A stretch of DNA of 64,000 bases from a virus. The translations under genes and the position numbers were made by a program. A model generated the notes under the pieces. The model was not told the origin of the DNA, ran no database searches, and worked only from the letters and a program-made list of their open reading frames with translations. The stretch lies in IMG/VR virus record IMGVR_UViG_3300024346_000008, positions 64,001-128,000 of that record; one strand, written 5' to 3'. Positions 17,967 to 27,508 of the stretch are shown piece by piece (position 1 is the first letter of the stretch; each line of letters begins with the position of its first letter).

Positions 17967-17995
17967 AGTATATATCACCACGGTACTTATGTCAA
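17967..17995 (-). promoter_or_regulatory. sigma70-type promoter of the polymerase gene
   Basis: TTGACA-17 bp-TATACT; the -35 element contains the dUTPase TGA stop. Confidence 0.8.
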
Positions 17996-18411
17996 GTCCC
18001 TGTGGAACCAAATCCACCAGTTCCTCGTTCGTCCGCCGACACTAATTCATCTACTTCTTCGACTTTGAAGTTTACGGTGGGGATGAGAATAAGTTGTGCA
18101 ATCTTTTCTCCAACCATAATACGTTCATATCCATCCGTGGAGTTATGTAAGGCAATCATTATTTCTCCGATATATCCATTATCAATTACACCGGCCACCA
18201 CGAATAAATTTCGTTTAGTAGCAACTGATGAACGGTCCCGAAGCAATCCACCATATCCCTCTGGGAACTGGATGGCAATGCCTGTAGATACTAACTTTGT
18301 CTGTCCTGCCATCAAAACCACTTCCTCGGAGGCATACAAATCATACCCCAAATCACCTGCATGTGCCTTATGTGGCAATACTGAGTTTTCTGATAACCTT
18401 TTAGCTTTCAT
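17992..18411 (-). CDS. dut: Trimeric dUTPase
   Basis: GYDL, RSS, GVIDNGYIGE, AQL, RGTGGFGSTG. Confidence 0.96.
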   Translation of the reverse strand: MKAKRLSENSVLPHKAHAGDLGYDLYASEEVVLMAGQTKLVSTGIAIQFPEGYGGLLRDRSSVATKRNLFVVAGVIDNGYIGEIMIALHNSTDGYERIMVGEKIAQLILIPTVNFKVEEVDELVSADERGTGGFGSTGT

Positions 18412-18789
18412 TTATACTGTCTCCTGAAGTTTCTTTAGTGTTTCGTACATAGCATCCTGAATAAATCCTTTCATAGTTTCCTCGTCTCCACCGCCAACTT
18501 TTTCAATTATTTGTTGACTACGACAAAATACCTTGAAATGTGGGACTCCTTGAATTCCCCATGTTTCATTACAATAAATTTTTTGTTTTTCTGGCGCCCA
18601 TGCATTTATCTTAAAGAATTGAATATGTGCGCCTTTTTCTTTATAAAAATTAGCAACCGTTTCGTAGTTCGGCATCGTTGCCTTACATGGCCCACACGTT
18701 TCTCCATAAAACATAATAACATACATATCATTATATGTTTCTAATGAAACTCCGTTGGTCATTTCTTTCATGGTAATTTCAGTAACCAT
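18412..18789 (-). CDS. Thioredoxin-like protein
   Basis: TCGPC active site; GVP cis-Pro motif. Confidence 0.85.
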   Translation of the reverse strand: MVTEITMKEMTNGVSLETYNDMYVIMFYGETCGPCKATMPNYETVANFYKEKGAHIQFFKINAWAPEKQKIYCNETWGIQGVPHFKVFCRSQQIIEKVGGGDEETMKGFIQDAMYETLKKLQETV

Positions 18790-18796
18790 ATTTTCC

Positions 18797-19174
18797 TCAC
18801 TTAATATAACGTTTTAATGCTGCTTTTATATCCTTAATATTATTATTAATTTCATGTTCCCAGAAATATAATACTTTATAACCCAGTTGTTCCAACTCAC
18901 GCTTTCGTTTTTCGTCACGTTTCCAAATTTCTGCTGCAGTTTTTTTCTTTCCACGATTGTAATAATCTGCGGAATATCTGGCTGGATTACAGTGCCAATA
19001 ATCTCCGTAACATTCTATAATATACTTCCCATCAATCAAAAAGTCAACATTGTAATTATTAATTGAAGTTTGTGATTCATATGGAAGATTCATTGAATGC
19101 AATAAACTCATGATTTTTTGTTCAATTGCATTCAACGAACTTTTTTCCTTTTTTACTTCCTTTTTACGCCCCAT
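18797..19174 (-). CDS. DUF559/Vsr-like endonuclease, possibly homing (start MGRKK)
   Basis: VDF...ECYGDYWH...RD...GYKVLYFWEHE. Confidence 0.82.
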   Translation of the reverse strand: MGRKKEVKKEKSSLNAIEQKIMSLLHSMNLPYESQTSINNYNVDFLIDGKYIIECYGDYWHCNPARYSADYYNRGKKKTAAEIWKRDEKRKRELEQLGYKVLYFWEHEINNNIKDIKAALKRYIK

Positions 19175-19433
19175 CTCTCGCTGCATTAATGGCGGCAATA
19201 TACTTTTGTTTTGCTTGTACTCCTACAAATTTTTCAATTAGTACATTATCCTTTTCAATGATAACGGTGGGAACGGTTCGAATAGAATATAACTGTGCAA
19301 TAGACGGCTTCTCTTCTACGTCGATGGAAATAAATGTTGCATCGGGAGTCATGTCCTCTAGCTCCCGAAATACAGGAGCTAGAGCCTTACATGGACCACA
19401 CCACGGTGCGCTGAATTTAGTGATAGTAATCAT
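19164..19433 (-). CDS. trxA: Thioredoxin
   Basis: FSAPWCGPCK, TVPT. Confidence 0.93.
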   Translation of the reverse strand: MITITKFSAPWCGPCKALAPVFRELEDMTPDATFISIDVEEKPSIAQLYSIRTVPTVIIEKDNVLIEKFVGVQAKQKYIAAINAARDGA

Positions 19434-21289
19434 ACGACTTCACACCCGCCGCCACCACAGGCAACTTCACCCGATAAATCAGTTGCATCATCTAATTCAA
19501 CAACCTGACTTAAATCAATGTTATGCAGGTTATTTACCAACTGGTCATACTCTTCTTTAGTGCAATCGGTAAAAGGAGCTTGAATATAAGAGCCACCATC
19601 ATAGGGCAGAACACTTAACGCGGTAAAATTTTCCTTATTCGCCCACATCCATTCTCCGACTTCTTCCCATTCATTTGGTTTAATCGTAACGGTAACAGAT
19701 ACGTTGTTCTTATTTTCGCCCTTACGATGACCGGGCTTCACCCATTCCTTCCATACCTTACTGACACGGGCAAGAAGGTCTAGTGCGGTTTCCTGACGAG
19801 TTACAGCCCCTACTGGAGCCTTCTGTGGAACAGAGATAACAGCCTGTTGATTTGGCTTGAAGTATTCATCTTCCAATAGTTCTGGATGATTGATTAGTAA
19901 ATACGTATAAATGCTTTCGTTCTTACCCACGCGGATACGACGAATATAATAATCATTGTGCCACGCATGAATGCCCGACGAGGAACCTAACACTAGTGAC
20001 GAAGTACCACTAGGCTTGACGGTTGTTGTACGAGCGGCCTTATTGATACCAATCATTCCAGCAACTCGTTCGTTCTCTGCCTTCACCACATTTGCTGCTT
20101 CCTTCATATCCAACTTCAATACTACCCCAGACGCAATACCCGTCATACCGACACCAATCAATGCCTCACGTTCGGTGGTACGTTTCCAGATATCACGAAG
20201 ATAATGGAAATTGGTATAACTTGCCTGCAACGTTCCGATAAATGCCGCTGCCTTTGCACGGGCGTTATAATCGTCTTGGTCAATAATATCCGATGCATTA
20301 ATTTCACAGAGATTACAGAACTGGAACGGACGAAGTGAAATTTCAGCACATGGATTCAATCCCCATGCCGCATCATTCGTAAAGAAGAATCCGGGTTCAC
20401 CAGAACCACTCAATTCAATCTTCTTCCACAAGTCAAGGAAGATTTCCTTTTCAATCTTATGACGAACAATCACCGCAGAATTATTTGCACGACCACGCTG
20501 TGCTTCATTCTCCCACCAGTTGCCGAACTTACAGGTTAGCATATCGTCGTCGTCCAAATCAAACAACGCAATCATTGCCGACCGACGAATACCACCAGAC
20601 AATACTGCATCTGCGATATAACACATAATGTCATGCACTTCCAGTGTGGTGAGTTGTTCACCATTATTCTTACGGTCCAATACCTTTTGAATATTGTGAA
20701 GGCAATCCTTCAACGGTTCAGCGCCTGGCGCCTTCCCGCCGGCCGTAATCAACATTGCACCCTTTGGACGAATGTCACGGAAATCAAACAACGGATATGC
20801 TTTGCCCTTCATATATGCGGTCACCAACACCTTCACGGCGTCCGCCCATCCTTCGATGCTATCCGCAACAAGGTAACGACGAGACTTAGTAGGCTTATTA
20901 ATTTCTGGGAGTTTTTCTACGTGCTGACGTTGCACGGAATACCCGACACCAGTTCCCGACAACAATAGGAACATAATTTCACTGAATGCATCACTATGGT
21001 CTACGGGAAGAAAGCAACAATTGTATAAACGAGTATTGTTTAAATCAACTGGCTTTCCCGCAAACTGTAAGGAACGCATTGACGGGAGAATTTTCTTATC
21101 ATATACAAATTTATATGCGGCATCAATTTCCTCTTTTAACTGAGGGAACTTCTCTAGATGCATGTTTTTGTTTCTATCAACTAACTCTGTCCACGTTTCT
21201 CTACGTTGCTTGTCTGGTACGTACTTTGAGTATTTCATAAAAGTCGTAATGTCCGACAATAATTTTGATTCTAGCTGCATTTCGGGCAA
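19430..21289 (-). CDS. nrdJ: Class II (B12-dependent) ribonucleotide reductase
   Basis: NCC, GTGVG, GGIRRSA, NPCAE, CNL, VKPSGT and C-terminal CGGGGC; no adjacent beta subunit. Confidence 0.92.
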   Translation of the reverse strand: MPEMQLESKLLSDITTFMKYSKYVPDKQRRETWTELVDRNKNMHLEKFPQLKEEIDAAYKFVYDKKILPSMRSLQFAGKPVDLNNTRLYNCCFLPVDHSDAFSEIMFLLLSGTGVGYSVQRQHVEKLPEINKPTKSRRYLVADSIEGWADAVKVLVTAYMKGKAYPLFDFRDIRPKGAMLITAGGKAPGAEPLKDCLHNIQKVLDRKNNGEQLTTLEVHDIMCYIADAVLSGGIRRSAMIALFDLDDDDMLTCKFGNWWENEAQRGRANNSAVIVRHKIEKEIFLDLWKKIELSGSGEPGFFFTNDAAWGLNPCAEISLRPFQFCNLCEINASDIIDQDDYNARAKAAAFIGTLQASYTNFHYLRDIWKRTTEREALIGVGMTGIASGVVLKLDMKEAANVVKAENERVAGMIGINKAARTTTVKPSGTSSLVLGSSSGIHAWHNDYYIRRIRVGKNESIYTYLLINHPELLEDEYFKPNQQAVISVPQKAPVGAVTRQETALDLLARVSKVWKEWVKPGHRKGENKNNVSVTVTIKPNEWEEVGEWMWANKENFTALSVLPYDGGSYIQAPFTDCTKEEYDQLVNNLHNIDLSQVVELDDATDLSGEVACGGGGCEVV

Positions 21290-21330
21290 TCTCCGAGCGG
21301 TTTAGGTTCATTGGTTCTAATAATTATCAC

Positions 21331-22716
21331 TCACTCTTCTGAAAAATCATCGTGGAGTTCAGATAATTTCTTTGCAAGAGTCTTTTTCAACATACCTTCT
21401 CCCGCCTGCATTTGCTTCTTCAACAGAATGCCCTTGGAAGAATTTTCATCATAAATTTCAATCTTTCCAAGACCAGTGTTCATATATACGGGCAACGTAA
21501 CACCATCAACACCGAATCGATTCTTCATAACGTGCGCACGGCCCGTGTGATTTGCTTTATCTTCCAGTTTCCGCGACAATGAAATCACCAAGTCGGCGGT
21601 CATAATTTTCTGATAGGATTCAGCAATCTTATCGGCCTGAATAACTTCATCTTGAATACTACTGCGTTGGGTCTGTGAAGCAGTCCAACATGGAATTCCC
21701 ATTTCACCAGACATACCACGAATTTCTTCGTAGATTGCTCCAAGTTCTTGGTGTCGAGCGTCAACACGATCCACTGATCGCATAAGGTCTGCGTAATCAA
21801 TCAACATCAAATCGGGCTTCAGTTTATTACTGATCAGATGGTCAATGTGTGCCCGAATGGTATGAACCGTAATAGAACGTGCTGGATAATACTTAATGAT
21901 AATATCACCCGTTACACCCTCTACTGCGTCACGAACCATCTGAGGATGCTGTGGAACATTTCCAGGTTCAATACCAGTAAAGATGGTATCATATCGAAGT
22001 CCAACATAATTCTCGTTCAACTCCAAGGTATAATACACCACACGTTTTCCGGCCTTTGCTGCGTTTGCTCCAAGTGTAGCAAGTGCCCAACTCTTACCAA
22101 TACCAGACGGTGCGGCAATAACACCCAGTTCACCAGCACCCAATCCACCGCCAATCAATTGGTCAATAGAATCCCATCCCGTAGGAACTACGATACGAGA
22201 AGTACCAGATAGTCGAATACCAATATCCTCTCTCCAATTATGACCAATATTACGAGGTTGACCAGCCTTCATTGCCCCATCAATCAAACTCTTAATTTCA
22301 CCATACTGTCCCATCTGCAGCAAATCGACAGAACGAATAATAGCAGATTTAATTGCTTGATTTTTTGCAAAGTCTAGAAAACTATCACGAATATATTCCA
22401 AATCATCGTCATTCTTTCGTTGGAATGCCGCTCTCAACTGGTCTTTAATGGCAATCTTTAACACATCATCATTAACCACATCCAACTTCACCTTAAATAC
22501 TTCTAGCGTGGGTAACGCCTTATAATCGGCAAAATAATCTATGGTCGTATCAACAATCCACTGACCCGCATTGGATTCAAAGAATTTAGGATTTAATACA
22601 TCAAGTGATTGCTGTAAAAATTCCGTGGACGACAACAAACTCGCCAATACTTTCGCCTGAAATGTTGGTCCGTATTTTGCGAGATTGTCTACTATCGTAT
22701 CATGCTGTGTTGTCAT
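21331..22716 (-). CDS. Replicative DnaB-like helicase (gp41-like)
   Basis: APSGIGKS, TLEL, IDYAD, ASQ, KNRFG. Confidence 0.93.
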   Translation of the reverse strand: MTTQHDTIVDNLAKYGPTFQAKVLASLLSSTEFLQQSLDVLNPKFFESNAGQWIVDTTIDYFADYKALPTLEVFKVKLDVVNDDVLKIAIKDQLRAAFQRKNDDDLEYIRDSFLDFAKNQAIKSAIIRSVDLLQMGQYGEIKSLIDGAMKAGQPRNIGHNWREDIGIRLSGTSRIVVPTGWDSIDQLIGGGLGAGELGVIAAPSGIGKSWALATLGANAAKAGKRVVYYTLELNENYVGLRYDTIFTGIEPGNVPQHPQMVRDAVEGVTGDIIIKYYPARSITVHTIRAHIDHLISNKLKPDLMLIDYADLMRSVDRVDARHQELGAIYEEIRGMSGEMGIPCWTASQTQRSSIQDEVIQADKIAESYQKIMTADLVISLSRKLEDKANHTGRAHVMKNRFGVDGVTLPVYMNTGLGKIEIYDENSSKGILLKKQMQAGEGMLKKTLAKKLSELHDDFSEE

Positions 22717-23752
22717 TATTAAATCTGCTAAGAGGAATAAAATTCTGCGATAACCAACTATCGTAGTTGGGGAATGCTTGTAGTAATCTAGACTTCATCA
22801 TCAACTTTGTCAAGTCTACCTTCCGCAATGAGGCTTGTGTCGTCTGGAATCTATTGACTACCTTCATTTTAGCATCAATCGACATGATACTTTCGTGGAG
22901 ATTCATTAATGTAATATTTCGTTCAACTATATCTTCATTATTCAGAATATTCTCAATCATCTTGGGAACCTTCTTTATATTTGCATATTTATTGCGAATC
23001 ATGTCTACCGAAATTTCTGCTGTTGGGTCTGCAATTTCTGGTACATACTTTTTCAAGGTAGCTTCCCCAACACCCTTCACTCCATCAATATTATCACTCT
23101 TATCACCATTTAAGGCACGGAAGAAGTGAAAGTGTTTTGGATGAATACCGTAATCTTCCAAAATTACTTGGTCACTAAATGTTTTCTTCTTGATAGGATT
23201 ATATACCTTAATATTTTCTGAGGCAAGTTGGAAGAAATCCTTGTCGGTGGAATAAATAATACTATCTCCACCTTCCGCAGTAACCAACTGCGATAGATAT
23301 GCAATCACATCATCTGCTTCTACATTGTCTAATGCAAAAATAGTAACGGGCAAACATTCCAGCATTTCAACCAGCGACACCAACTGCCATTTCATATTTT
23401 CTTTTTCTTGTTCGTCCGTCGTTAGATCATAACTCCGATTCAATCGAACCGGAGGTTTGCGATTTGCCTTATACTGCGGGTAAATCTTTCTACGACTTTG
23501 GCTCCCACCCTTTCCATCAAAAACAATGATGGTCCGGGTGGGCTTGAACGTGCGAATAGCAAGTCCCAAACTCTTAAAGAATCCAATCATACCACCGATG
23601 TGATTGCCATCTTCATCCATTGAAGGAACTGCTGAATATGATCGGATGAATAGGTTCATAGCATCAACCAACAATACCCGACTGTTATATGTCATGCCTT
23701 GCGGGTCTTCTTCAAACTTCATATTGTGAAAAATATCTTGCAGATTAGCCAT
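22700..23752 (-). CDS. 5'-3' exonuclease/flap endonuclease (T4 RNase H-like; start MANLQ)
   Basis: LVDAMN, FDG, YKANR, EADD, STDKD, GDKSDNIDGV. Confidence 0.93.
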   Translation of the reverse strand: MANLQDIFHNMKFEEDPQGMTYNSRVLLVDAMNLFIRSYSAVPSMDEDGNHIGGMIGFFKSLGLAIRTFKPTRTIIVFDGKGGSQSRRKIYPQYKANRKPPVRLNRSYDLTTDEQEKENMKWQLVSLVEMLECLPVTIFALDNVEADDVIAYLSQLVTAEGGDSIIYSTDKDFFQLASENIKVYNPIKKKTFSDQVILEDYGIHPKHFHFFRALNGDKSDNIDGVKGVGEATLKKYVPEIADPTAEISVDMIRNKYANIKKVPKMIENILNNEDIVERNITLMNLHESIMSIDAKMKVVNRFQTTQASLRKVDLTKLMMKSRLLQAFPNYDSWLSQNFIPLSRFNNDNTA

Positions 23753-24056
23753 GTAGGATTTCTTTATTGGTTGTTGTAATAGTAGGCGGACAGTTACGAG
23801 TATGTGTTTGTGTGCCACCAGTTGTCCATGTGCCCATCAAGTTTGGTGGATTAACTGTGTAGGTGTGCACAACCTCCCCGTCACGCTTTAAGGGTCCGGT
23901 GGGTTTCAACTGAACCTGAGACTCTGTTTGCATTAACAACCGACGAAGTTCTAATTCGAAATCGTCGCGGTACTGCCCAATAGTGGCGGAGCTACTGTCC
24001 CATGACTTATCATACGCAGACAATGCAATCTGTACAATATCTTCTGGATTATTCAT
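23745..24056 (-). CDS. Hypothetical protein
   Basis: Packed between recA and the exonuclease with overlapping ends. Confidence 0.65.
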   Translation of the reverse strand: MNNPEDIVQIALSAYDKSWDSSSATIGQYRDDFELELRRLLMQTESQVQLKPTGPLKRDGEVVHTYTVNPPNLMGTWTTGGTQTHTRNCPPTITTTNKEILHG

Positions 24057-25191
24057 CTTCAGTTGCCGCCATAATACTTACATCTTCAGGATCAAATTCA
24101 CTCTGATACTTCATAATCAGTGAATCACAAATCTCACTGTAGAGTACTTGCTTCCGAATAGGATCTGCATCTAAGAACCCTTGAAAGTCCTTGGATTGAA
24201 ACTTCGTTTCTTCTCCCGTAATAGGATCGACATACGCATACCATGCGCCGGCCTGCTTGATCATTTTGTTTTCCTTCAACACCTTCAACCAACTACCCAA
24301 ATCGTCAATACCACGATTAAAGTAAATTTCAAATTCTGCCGTGCGATGCGGCGGTCCAAGACGATTCTTGACAACATTTGCCTTCACCTTCACACCAATC
24401 ACATCACCACTGGAATTACTAATCTTACCGAGCAACGACAATCGAAGACGAGTTGATGCATGGAACGCAATTGCCTTACCACCCGAAGTCGTCCACGGAT
24501 CAGAGAATGCCATTGCATTCATCTTCTGACGAAGCTGATTGGTGAACACCAGTGCAATCCGTTCACGGCCCAACAATCCCGTAATCTTACGCATTGCCTT
24601 ACTGATAATAATTGCCTTATCAGTTGCATATCCATCCTTCCCGAAGTCTGCTTCCATTTCCTTCTTGGTGGATGCGGCAGCAACGGAGTCTACCACGATG
24701 GTAACCAACTTATCCCGTTTCTTGGGGTCTTTACGCACTTCTTCAATAATGGTCGTAATTGCATCGAAGATTTCTTCAACCGTCTGCAACTGGACATATA
24801 CCAACTTATTCATATCGATGCCGACTGCCTTAAAGAACTCCGCATTGACTGCGGTTTCGGTGTCAATAAGAACCCCTACCCCACCCCTTTTCTGCGTGTT
24901 TGCAATCATCTGTGCCCCTATTAGCGACTTACCAGACCCCTCCAACCCAGTAAGTTCGGTAATACGTCCAACAGCAATTCCCCCGTTCGGACGGTTACTA
25001 ATTGCCACATCCAACATGGTTGCGCCCGTTGAAATGAAATCAGTAAAATCGGTTGGCGTTGATTCTCGTCCATCAAGGAAGAAAGCAACTTGGTCACTAT
25101 CTTTGTTCATCTTATTCAAGGAGATTGCAATAAGTTGTGCCAACTCATCACGATCTGGTTCTTGAATAACCTTCTTATCTGTTTTTGCCAT
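24049..25191 (-). CDS. recA: RecA/UvsX recombinase
   Basis: GLEGSGKS, DTE, VDSVAA, NQLR, TSGG, KNR. Confidence 0.95.
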   Translation of the reverse strand: MAKTDKKVIQEPDRDELAQLIAISLNKMNKDSDQVAFFLDGRESTPTDFTDFISTGATMLDVAISNRPNGGIAVGRITELTGLEGSGKSLIGAQMIANTQKRGGVGVLIDTETAVNAEFFKAVGIDMNKLVYVQLQTVEEIFDAITTIIEEVRKDPKKRDKLVTIVVDSVAAASTKKEMEADFGKDGYATDKAIIISKAMRKITGLLGRERIALVFTNQLRQKMNAMAFSDPWTTSGGKAIAFHASTRLRLSLLGKISNSSGDVIGVKVKANVVKNRLGPPHRTAEFEIYFNRGIDDLGSWLKVLKENKMIKQAGAWYAYVDPITGEETKFQSKDFQGFLDADPIRKQVLYSEICDSLIMKYQSEFDPEDVSIMAATEDE

Positions 25192-25219
25192 AATAGTTTC
25201 CTATAGTATAATAACGTGA

Positions 25220-25263
25220 ATGACCCACTATGTAAATATAGTGGGTCATCCAAGTAAAGTCAA
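25220..25263 (-). promoter_or_regulatory. sigma70-type promoter with a perfect 12-bp inverted repeat over the -10 element
   Basis: TTGACT-17-TATATT; arms 25220-25231 and 25238-25249. Confidence 0.8.
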
Positions 25264-25269
25264 GTGATG

Positions 25270-26064
25270 TTAGTTAAATACTTCGTCAAACTCGTCAATC
25301 ATATCCTTGACTGACGTTGACTTAAGTTCTGCTGACTTAGCTGCCGTGGGTGAGGTGGGCTTTGTAGTAACTTCTTCCTTCACTGGAGCAGCAGTGGGAG
25401 GAGTCTTGGCCGAATCTGGGTCGAGGTATCGTTCCAGAGCAACCTTCAATTCTTCGTATGAGGGTTCCTTGAAAATTGAACGAATGTCGGGCTGATCGGT
25501 GAGAAGCTTCTGAATCTTATCTGCAGAATCCGCAAGTGGCGTCTGATTCGGCTTAGGACGAACCATCGTCTTTGCAAAGTTGGTGTCACTCTTTTCCTGC
25601 GGGATATATTCTACCACAATGTCACGGCCGTTCTGTACGTCAGTGATATCGCCGTAATCGGGGTCAGAGATAATAGACAACAGTTCGGTATATACAATCT
25701 TACCAAACGACATGAAACGAACGCCCTTATCTTCTTCACCACGAACAATGATCGGAACGAATGTACGAAGCTTTGGACGGAACGGACGTGCCTGCTGCCA
25801 ATCATCCTTAGAACCACCTGCCTGCAGTGCGTCTGCAAATTCTACGATGGGGTCACGGTTGCCGTTTGAGGTAGGAGAAAGATGCGTCTTATTACCGAGA
25901 TAATGAAAATATAGTTCAACGAACGGATTTTCCTTGTTATCCTTCCACGGAACAATACGAATAACCGTCTTACCTTCCGTGGGCTTCCATAGCGCATCGC
26001 TACGGTCGTTCTGACGAGTGAACTGGTTGAGCTTAGACTTGAGTGCTGAAATGTTAATTCCCAT
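25270..26064 (-). CDS. Single-stranded DNA-binding protein (gp32-like; start MGINIS)
   Basis: WKP...IRIVP, DPI, DITD...GRD and acidic C-terminus DEFDEVFN; GAGG SD. Confidence 0.85.
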   Translation of the reverse strand: MGINISALKSKLNQFTRQNDRSDALWKPTEGKTVIRIVPWKDNKENPFVELYFHYLGNKTHLSPTSNGNRDPIVEFADALQAGGSKDDWQQARPFRPKLRTFVPIIVRGEEDKGVRFMSFGKIVYTELLSIISDPDYGDITDVQNGRDIVVEYIPQEKSDTNFAKTMVRPKPNQTPLADSADKIQKLLTDQPDIRSIFKEPSYEELKVALERYLDPDSAKTPPTAAPVKEEVTTKPTSPTAAKSAELKSTSVKDMIDEFDEVFN

Positions 26065-26112
26065 ACGTGTGTACCTCTTAGAGTTTAGAATGTTTTGTTT
26101 AGTGAGTGTATT

Positions 26113-26153
26113 GCCCACTTTGTAAAGGTAGTGGGCGAACCTTAGTTTGTCAA
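26113..26153 (-). promoter_or_regulatory. sigma70-type promoter with an inverted repeat around the -10 element
   Basis: TTGACA-17-TACCTT; arms GCCCACT / AGTGGGC. Confidence 0.72.
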
Positions 26154-26163
26154 GGGGGTATTA

Positions 26164-26571
26164 TTATAATTCTATGATATCGGATAATTTAGTATTAACT
26201 ACTTTAAGTTTACCGTATGCGGTAACCAATACAGAATTTTTTAATTCATCCCAATTAATTCGAAATGATTTATCTAACACGCCATTGTTTTTCAATTCAA
26301 TCAATTTATTAATTGCATTAATTGTGTAAATTGTATTTGTTTGTTTTTTTCTATGCACAGAAATTGTTGACGCAGGTGGTAATACATTTGAATGTGTTTT
26401 TGTAATATTATATGTTAATACCAATTGATTAGCATCTTCTATATTTTCTAATAGATATAATTTATTAAATACTAATACATACGAATTTTTTATAATATCA
26501 ATGGTGGCGTCTAACTCATCTACGGATGTGAACGTACACAGTAATTGCGTTTCAGTATTCATATATAACAT
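26164..26571 (-). CDS. Conserved hypothetical protein of large phages
   Basis: LLCTF...TYN...HRKKQTNTIYTINAIN. Confidence 0.8.
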   Translation of the reverse strand: MLYMNTETQLLCTFTSVDELDATIDIIKNSYVLVFNKLYLLENIEDANQLVLTYNITKTHSNVLPPASTISVHRKKQTNTIYTINAINKLIELKNNGVLDKSFRINWDELKNSVLVTAYGKLKVVNTKLSDIIEL

Positions 26572-26600
26572 CCATTAAGGGTATAACAGTATTAATAAAT

Positions 26601-26629
26601 ATTATAAATAAACGTCAAACGACCGTCAA
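26601..26629 (-). promoter_or_regulatory. sigma70-type promoter overlapping a TATTTATA motif
   Basis: TTGACG-17 bp-TATAAT; GTTTGACG occurs twice as a direct repeat. Confidence 0.7.
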
Positions 26630-26641
26630 ACAATAGATATT

Positions 26642-27508
26642 TTACTCCGAAATTGCTCTTCCTTTCAACATCTCCCAATCTTTCTCTGGACGGTCGATTG
26701 TAATATTTCTTGTCCATGCCGCATCTAATACCGGAGTGGGTACATTAAGTTCTCGCGCTACATGACGAATTGCTGAAATATCTTTGGGAAAACACGTACC
26801 GCCAAATCCATTATGACCGTCTGGTCCTGGTACTTGCCAGTGCGATTTACCCATACGAGAATCTTCTCGTACTGTATGTTGCATGGTTTGCCAATCAACT
26901 CCAAGTGCATTAGCAATATTTTCCATTTCATTTGCAAATGCTACCTTGGTGGCAAGAAATGTATTACATACATACTTATACAATTCAGCTTCTTTTGCAC
27001 TCACAACCTGTGCATATTTAACGGAGTTTACAACACTTTTAATTTCGTCTAGCACATCGTGTACCGCACCATCAAACTGTCGGCCGGCACAATGTCCCAA
27101 TAACATAACGTCTTGATTTAAATAATCATTTTTATAATTTGCTTCCGTTAAAAACTCCGGATTAAACATTATAGCATGTCGTGACGGATTTGTTTCTTGT
27201 AATCTATTGGTCGTATTAGGTGGCACCGTGGACTTGATAATTATTATCTTTGGAATCTCACTTTTACAAATATCGTTTACTACCGATTCAACAATAGATG
27301 TATCACATTCACCAGTAGATTTCATTGGCGTTGGAACGGCAACATATATTAGATCGACCAACCCTACCAATTCTTGTAGAGATTTACATGACGGATTTGT
27401 TGCGGGATTTAAATCAAATGTATGCACTGTTCGATGCTTTAAGGTATATGCATTTAATACAGCACCGCCAACATATCCTAACCCAACTATTCCTATTGTA
27501 AAACTCAT
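26642..27508 (-). CDS. ugd: UDP-glucose/GDP-mannose dehydrogenase family, short form
   Basis: GLGYVG, AVPTP, KSTVPP, NPEFL, GFGGTCFPKD. Confidence 0.9.
   Translation of the reverse strand: MSFTIGIVGLGYVGGAVLNAYTLKHRTVHTFDLNPATNPSCKSLQELVGLVDLIYVAVPTPMKSTGECDTSIVESVVNDICKSEIPKIIIIKSTVPPNTTNRLQETNPSRHAIMFNPEFLTEANYKNDYLNQDVMLLGHCAGRQFDGAVHDVLDEIKSVVNSVKYAQVVSAKEAELYKYVCNTFLATKVAFANEMENIANALGVDWQTMQHTVREDSRMGKSHWQVPGPDGHNGFGGTCFPKDISAIRHVARELNVPTPVLDAAWTRNITIDRPEKDWEMLKGRAISE

Noticed and set aside
24181-25165. Long plus-strand ORFs opposite recA
   Set aside because: Antisense to a clearly conserved gene; explained by codon bias.
15411-25191. Inteins or introns in polymerase, RNR, helicase or RecA
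   Set aside because: All are of normal length with contiguous motifs.
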